DNA of 64,000 nucleotides from Gammaproteobacteria bacterium (GTDB lineage Bacteria; Pseudomonadota; Gammaproteobacteria; UBA1113): NCBI GenBank assembly GCA_021773305.1, contig JAJFKH010000007.1, positions 8,058 to 72,057 of the forward strand, read 5' to 3'. Shown piece by piece: positions 61,229 to 64,000 of this stretch (position 1 is its first letter; each line of letters starts with the position of its first letter). The notes under the pieces were generated by a model. It saw only the letters and a program-made list of their open reading frames with translations, ran no database searches and was not told where the DNA came from. The position numbers and the translations under genes were made by a program.

Positions 61229-61780
61229 TTATTCACATGAAATGAAGTGTCTGCGATAATATTGTAATTCTGCAATAGAATCTTGAATATCAGCCAACGC
61301 TAAGTGCCTAGCCTCTTTGATAAGCCCTTGTAAAATCTCCGGTTTCCAGCGTTTGGCTAACTCTTTTAAGGTGCTCACATCAATATGGCGGTAATGGAAA
61401 AAAGCCTCTAAAGTAGGCATGTAGCGAGCAAGAAAGCGACGATCGGTACAAATACTATTGCCACACATAGGCGAGAAGCCCTTGGGTACATACTGTTCCA
61501 AAAAAGCTACCGTTTGTGCTTCGGCCTCTTTCTCAGTAATAACGCTGCTGAGTACTCGCTCAACCAAACCTGACTGAGTATGCTGTTTTGTACACCATTC
61601 ATCCATGCTATCAAGCAATGCTCTTTCCTGCTTTACAGCAAATACAGGCCCTTCTGCAATTTGTCGAAGAGAAGAATCGGTCACAATGGTCGCAATTTCA
61701 ATAATACGATTAGGTTCCACCGCCAAACCGGTCATTTCAAGATCAATCCAAATAAGGTTTTCTTCGCTGCGTTGTGACAT
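61229..61780 (-). CDS. orn: Oligoribonuclease
   Basis: [34 protein letters not shown] and H.AL.DI. Start placed at 61780. Confidence 0.97.
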   Translation of the reverse strand: MSQRSEENLIWIDLEMTGLAVEPNRIIEIATIVTDSSLRQIAEGPVFAVKQERALLDSMDEWCTKQHTQSGLVERVLSSVITEKEAEAQTVAFLEQYVPKGFSPMCGNSICTDRRFLARYMPTLEAFFHYRHIDVSTLKELAKRWKPEILQGLIKEARHLALADIQDSIAELQYYRRHFISCE

Positions 61781-61865
61781 GAACACTCCTGCATAACGGG
61801 CAATAATCCTAGACTTCTCAGTATAACACCTTGCGAGAATAGAAAAAATAACGTTCAATAGAGGC

Positions 61866-62462
61866 ATGATGGTACAACTTATCTTATTCATTATTATGGC
61901 TTATTTGCTCGGCTCTCTATCCAGTGCCGTTATCTACTGCCACTTAGCAAAACTACCCGATCCGAGAACCCATGGTTCCATGAACCCCGGTGCCACTAAC
62001 GTACTCCGCTTAGGTGGTAAAAAAGCTGCCATCATCACACTGCTAGGTGACGGGCTGAAAGGGTTTCTGCCTGTTATCATCGCCTCCATCTTAGGCATAA
62101 AAGGCTTTCCTCTTGCTCTTATCGCCTTTGCTGCATTCATCGGACATCTATTTCCCATTTTTTTCCAATTTCGAGGAGGCAAAGGCGTCGCAACCTTTTT
62201 TGGCTTGCTGCTTGGGTTAAGTGGATTGCTCGGGATTGCGGCATTAGCAACATGGTTATTGATAGCCTATCTATTTCGTTATTCTTCTCTTGCCGCTCTT
62301 GTTACTGCGGGCCTTGTGCCTATTTATGGTTTCTTACTGGGAGCGACAAGTTACGTTCCCGTATTAGCCGTCATCAGTCTCATTCTTATCGGTCGTCACC
62401 ATGAAAATATTAAACGCCTCTTACGCAAAGAAGAAAGCAAAATTGGCAATCATAATAACTAA
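61866..62462 (+). CDS. plsY: Glycerol-3-phosphate acyltransferase PlsY
   Basis: [27 protein letters not shown] and RHHENIKRL. Confidence 0.96.
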   Translation: MMVQLILFIIMAYLLGSLSSAVIYCHLAKLPDPRTHGSMNPGATNVLRLGGKKAAIITLLGDGLKGFLPVIIASILGIKGFPLALIAFAAFIGHLFPIFFQFRGGKGVATFFGLLLGLSGLLGIAALATWLLIAYLFRYSSLAALVTAGLVPIYGFLLGATSYVPVLAVISLILIGRHHENIKRLLRKEESKIGNHNN

Positions 62463-62471
62463 AACGATGGA

Positions 62472-63485
62472 TCAAATCGCCTTCAATTCTTCCAAAGGCC
62501 ACCTCGCTCGAACCACATCTTTCGCTTCACCAAAACCCCCGGCTTTGAAACGCATCGCTCCAGCATAAGCAATCATGGCACCATTATCCGTGCAAAATTC
62601 AATTCTTGGATAAAAAATTTTACCGTTCACAGATGTCATTAAATCACTTAACCCCTGGCGTAACGCAATATTAGCACCCACACCTCCGGCAATCACAAGA
62701 CGATGTAAACCCGTTTGTATTAAGGCTCGACGACATTTGATCACCATGGTATCTACCACTGCATCTTCAAATGCTCGGGCAATATCCGCTTTGGTCTTAG
62801 GATCATCCCCCTCTTTAGAAAGAGTATTGCGTGCAAAGGTTTTCAATCCACTAAAACTAAAATCCAAACCGGGCCTATCTGTCATAGGTCTTGGAAAGGT
62901 AAAGCGTTTTTCATCGCCACTCTCAGCAAGCTTTGCCAAAGCCGGCCCTCCAGGATATCCTAAACCTAGCAATTTTGCTGTTTTGTCAAAGGCTTCACCC
63001 ACCGCGTCATCCACGGAGCTACCCAGCAATGTATAATCTCCCAGCCCTTTCACCTCAACCAACAATGTGTGGCCACCGGAAACCAGCAATGCCAAAAAAG
63101 GAAACTCTGGGGCAGGATCTTCCAACATCGGTGCTAATAAGTGCCCTTCCATGTGATGCACAGGGATACAAGGAATATCCAAACCCCAAGCTAAGCTTTT
63201 TGCCACACAGGCACCCACTAACAACGCTCCCACCAAACCAGGCCCAGCAGTATAGGCGATGGCATCCAGTTGGTGCTTACCTAAATTACTGCTGATAAGA
63301 ATATCATCAATTAATGGGATCACTTTTCGAATATGATCCCGAGAAGCCAACTCAGGAACAACACCGCCATACTGAGCATGGATCTCCACTTGGCTGTGCA
63401 ATCTATGTCCTACCAGCCCTTTTTCTGTATCATAGATAGCAATCCCGGTTTCATCACAAGATGTTTCAATCCCCAGCACTAGCAT
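62472..63485 (-). CDS. tsaD: tRNA t6A transferase TsaD
   Basis: [23 protein letters not shown] and CTDNGAMIA. Confidence 0.97.
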   Translation of the reverse strand: MLVLGIETSCDETGIAIYDTEKGLVGHRLHSQVEIHAQYGGVVPELASRDHIRKVIPLIDDILISSNLGKHQLDAIAYTAGPGLVGALLVGACVAKSLAWGLDIPCIPVHHMEGHLLAPMLEDPAPEFPFLALLVSGGHTLLVEVKGLGDYTLLGSSVDDAVGEAFDKTAKLLGLGYPGGPALAKLAESGDEKRFTFPRPMTDRPGLDFSFSGLKTFARNTLSKEGDDPKTKADIARAFEDAVVDTMVIKCRRALIQTGLHRLVIAGGVGANIALRQGLSDLMTSVNGKIFYPRIEFCTDNGAMIAYAGAMRFKAGGFGEAKDVVRARWPLEELKAI

Positions 63486-63566
63486 AATGGTTATCGCCCG
63501 ACTAAAATGATTGATCATAACGCCTTTGTTCAGGAATTAGCAAATGATGGAGGAAACAACTCAAAA

Positions 63567-64000
63567 GTGAAGCATCCGAAGGCCAAAATTTTTCCGCCCT
63601 TATTGCGTTTGACGCTGTTATTGATACTGCTGCAATGCTGGGTCATCAGCCAAACTCTGACATTTTCGCAAGGGATCTTTCCCCTAAAAGATTTCTTCTT
63701 TGAGCATGTCATTCACTCCACTGTCGCCTTGGAACAAATTACCGTTTTTTTACTCTGGCAAGTGCTCGCCTATGGCTTACTCATTTTAATGATTTACACA
63801 ACAGCCCGTGTTTTGGGTCGCTTTTTTAAGCTATCAAACAAAACTCAACAAAACCTCGCCATTATTATTTGGTTAATCACGTTCACTGCCATTTATCTGG
63901 CCAATGTTTTTTACTTTCCCCACTCTGAATTTGCGCAAATAAAGCATTTTATTTTTTCGGATAATATCAAACTCGCCCACCGTATTTTTATGACGTCCCT
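63567..64000 (+). CDS. Partial multi-TM membrane protein (possibly the N-terminus of a sulfatase-like transferase); runs off the window
   Basis: Open frame from the GTG at 63567 to the window end, with several hydrophobic helices and LANVFYFPHSEF. Confidence 0.55.
   Translation, partial: MKHPKAKIFPPLLRLTLLLILLQCWVISQTLTFSQGIFPLKDFFFEHVIHSTVALEQITVFLLWQVLAYGLLILMIYTTARVLGRFFKLSNKTQQNLAIIIWLITFTAIYLANVFYFPHSEFAQIKHFIFSDNIKLAHRIFMTS

Noticed and set aside
1-64000. rRNA, tRNA, prophage or anti-phage defence system
   Set aside because: No such signatures were seen. The orphan genes look like eukaryote-targeting effectors rather than nucleases, ATPases or phage genes.

Overview
Chromosomal window from a gammaproteobacterium. 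Gene content points to a Legionellales/Coxiellaceae-like, host-associated lineage (inference from three Lpg1974/MOMP-type porins, PmrA-like promoter boxes and eukaryote-targeting effector-like ORFs). The backbone is housekeeping: glyA-nrdR-nusB-thiL-nhaD, ettA, rpmBG, mutM, rpsF-rpsR-rplI, pilMNOPQ-aroKB-damX-hemE, mrcA, ubiCA, miaA, pcnB-folK, nnr-tsaE-amiB-mutL, orn, plsY and tsaD. Orphan genes are interleaved with it. Main observations: (1) a 1217-aa LRR-like protein with an OTU-type Cys/His deubiquitinase motif pair, co-oriented with a second LRR-like gene; (2) cTTAAnnnT-N2-cTTAAnnnT PmrA-like boxes, each 7-8 nt before a -10 element, in front of three effector-like loci; (3) an unnamed ~120-aa C-terminal 'YRETND' domain shared by an ankyrin-like protein and two tandem paralogues; (4) a 125-bp tandem repeat upstream of nnr whose substitutions preserve minus-strand hairpins, suggesting an undescribed structured RNA; (5) signs of gene loss and rearrangement (cydP/cydX remnants without cydAB, no rib genes between nrdR and nusB, miaA inverted and not followed by hfq, an IS481 stub); (6) an L33 with a 26-aa loop insertion. 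No rRNA, tRNA, CRISPR array or intact mobile element was seen. All calls come from reading motifs by eye; no database searches were run.
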